Shown here in pieces: positions 56,161 to 64,000 of a stretch of DNA of 64,000 nucleotides. Source of the DNA: Lama guanicoe (taxonomy: Eukaryota); contig MU053559.1 of NCBI GenBank assembly GCA_013239625.1, positions 186,001-250,000 on the forward strand. Reading direction: 5' to 3'. Each line of letters starts with the position of its first letter. Position 1 is the stretch's first letter. The position numbers and the translations under genes are program-made. Under the pieces are notes generated by a model. The model saw nothing but the letters and a program-made list of their open reading frames with translations. It ran no database searches and had not been told where the DNA came from.

Positions 56161-58730
56161 TGCGCAAACGGAGGGTTACATGGCTGGGTAAACACACTGA
56201 AAGGCTAAAATAGGCCCCGCATTACTGCTTCCCCATGGCCACACACCTTTAATTACCAAAGATGAGGTGCCCCCTGTGTGCCATGCCCTGCGCCATCCCC
56301 CTTTCACATCACTTCATTTAATGCTCCCAACAACACTGTCCAGTGCGGGTAACTCTCCACCTGACAACAGAAAAAACAATGCAGGTCACTTGCGCAAGGA
56401 CACAAGTCAGTGGCAAAGCTGGGGTCTAAACCCACCCATGCCGGAGACACTCAGTACCCAGTGCTCTTGCTACTCAAGAGCAGAGCCCTCTAGGGGAGGA
56501 GGCATGATTTGAGACTCCTGGATGTGGACTGATGAGGGAAGATTGTTCCTCAGAGGGGGGCCTGCCTGGGAGAGAACCTGCTATGGGGGTGGGAGCTAGC
56601 TTGCCCCGATCTGTACTCCCCTTACCCCCTCCCCCCAGTTCACATCCAAAAACAGGACAGTGCACCAGTCCCACAGCAGTAGTCCCCTAGAACTGGGCTC
56701 TCGCCTCACCACCACCACCAGGGAGCAGCTTTGGGGGTCTGGCATCTAGAGAAATGCCCCCACCAGTTTCCCCCCACCCTACCTTCTCCATCCCTTCTCC
56801 AGCCTAGGGGGCAGGGAGGGGACACAGCGCTGCATCATTCCCCGTGGCACTCCGTGCTCTGGGGCCATTAACAGACGCCTCCCCATCGATCGGATCTGCT
56901 AAGTGCTGCTGATTCAGACGGGGGGGGCCCTGGGGGCAGAGAGGGTAGGAGCTGGGCAGGAAGAGGGGGGAGTCCAGGAAGGAGGTGGGGAGAATTGGCA
57001 AAACTCCCTGCCACCCCCATTTTCCAGATGACGCGACTGAGGCCCAACCAGCTTTGTAGGAGGCGGAGTCTCCCCAGGGTCCCTCTCAGGCTGTCCTAGG
57101 GGAGGGGGCTCTGGGAGCCACGAGGCCCCTCCCCGCCTCTCTCTCTCCATCTCCCGGCAAGCTCAGAGGGGCGGGGAGAGAAAGCCAGAGGAGGTGGAGA
57201 ACTCAGGCAGCTCTGCAGAGGGGGCAGGAGCTCCGGTGTTTGGTACCCCCAGCCCCACCGCTGTTGCCGCTGCTGCAGCGGGGACACAGGTGAGGACGGC
57301 CCTATGGGGAGGGGGAGGGGGCCACCAACAGTGCTGTCCTTGTCCTTCCCTGGTCCAGCCCCCATGCCCTAGCCCATCCTGGGATAGTCCCCAGGGGTCC
57401 TGCTGGACCTTGTTCTTCCAGGGACCCAGCCCCCTTCTCCTGCCTGGGCTGCCTTCTCTCCCAGGCCTGGTTGTGGCTGCTGCTTGTCTTCCTCCTCCTC
57501 CTGCTGTCGCTGCTGCTACTGCCGCTGCCCAGCACACACCGCCAGCCCCTCGGGGTGTGGTTTCCCCAGACCAGCCCCCAGCGGTGGGACGCAGCCTGAC
57601 CCCGGCCTTCCCGGTGGGCCTCCTGCAAAGCCCAGCAGCCCGCCTCCCCGGGGACACGCCCAACTCCCTTTCTACACCCCACCCTGCTGTCCAACTCATT
57701 TTGAGGGGGATCTCCTGTTCCTCTTTACCTTAGTCTCTCAGTCCTCTGGGTGCAACTTCCAGTTGAGCCCCAGCTCCGCAGGATTCCCCAGGCTCCTTCC
57801 CTCCTCCCAGAACTCTTCAGTGGGTAGACCAGGCGTTCTCAGCCCCCCTAGATACCCCTGTCTCCCAGACACCTCTCAGCCTCTGAAAAATAACCCAGCC
57901 CGGTATCTACCCCTTTAGATACCCCACCCCCTTCTCTAGCCCCACTAGGGGGCCCCACTGCTCCTTCCTTCCCCAGAACTCCTGTAGAGTGTAGGCACCC
58001 CACCCCCAGGCTATTCTTGGCTGTTCTAGGCACTCCCAAGACACCTCTCAGCCTTTTTACAACCTCCTGGCTCTATAGCCACCCCTTAGATGCACCAACC
58101 TCTTTCCTAGATCCGGGAGGGGGCTCCAACTCCCTTATCTTCTCCCCAGAAGTCTTGAGAGTTTGGACGACCCTCCTCACCTCTCTCAGGCCCTCTAGAA
58201 TCCCCCTCCAGGCACTCTCAGCCTCTTGCAAACACCTCTGGTCCCATTTCTACCCGTCTAGATGCCCCAGTCCCCTCTCCAACCCCACTAGACAGTTCTA
58301 GTCCCTTTTACCTTCCCTCAGAATCCTTGAGCTTGTGGACAACTCCCTGGGGTGTTTCTTGCTCCCTCCCAGACAACCCCAGACACCTCTCAGGCACATG
58401 CTGGCCCCTCTAGAATCATCTCAGTCTCTCTAAACACTCCCTCAGATCCTTCTTGGCACCTCTACACGCCCCTTTTCTGCTCTTCTCCATGTCCCTTAAC
58501 CCCTTCTCACTCCCTCCAGACATTTCCCAGGTCCCTCTCAGACCCTCTACATGGCCCCCAAGCCCTTGCCCACCTCTCTAGTTCCTCCTCCTGGTTCCTC
58601 TTGGCCTCTCTAGACACCCTCAGTTTCCTTGTGCGAGTGGCCCAGGGCCTCTCCAAGCCCCCACCATCCTGGAGACAGCCACATTCTAAAGGCCACCCCC
58701 TAAGTCTCCGCGGGCCTGGGGTGCGGCAGG

Positions 58731-64000
<5,270 letters not shown>

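Noticed and set aside
56640..57350. RE1-like half sites near KCND1 (GGACAGTGC ~56655; GTGCTGTCC ~57331)
   Set aside because: Only one half matches; the TCAGCACC half is absent

Overview
Mammalian genomic DNA, most likely a camelid (inferred from about 14 Vic-1-type tRNA-derived SINEs), syntenic with human Xp11.23. It holds three genes on the + strand. TFE3 is complete (10 exons, 949-10353, 542 aa). A ~22 kb AT-rich intergenic stack of nested L1, hAT, Tigger, LTR and SINE relics follows. GRIPAP1/GRASP-1 is complete (26 exons, 34128-54884, 841 aa). KCND1/Kv4.1 starts at 58731 and is cut off in exon 6 by the window end. Notable points: TFE3 exon 10 appears to lack 32 codons, including the acidic LEDILM...LSP motif; GRIPAP1 has a canonical REST/RE1 site in intron 5, a GC-AG intron, a weak-acceptor 93-nt exon next to a UG repeat, and a 372-codon antisense ORF in intron 1; a hAT fossil with an 8-bp TSD splits an L1 endonuclease; there is a twin-primed L1; a motif recurs at ~171 bp upstream of KCND1; and a 31-bp duplication in KCND1 intron 3 sits beside a competing in-frame donor. 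I found no convincing wholly new biological system. Comparisons with human proteins and repeat-family names come from recall and need database confirmation.
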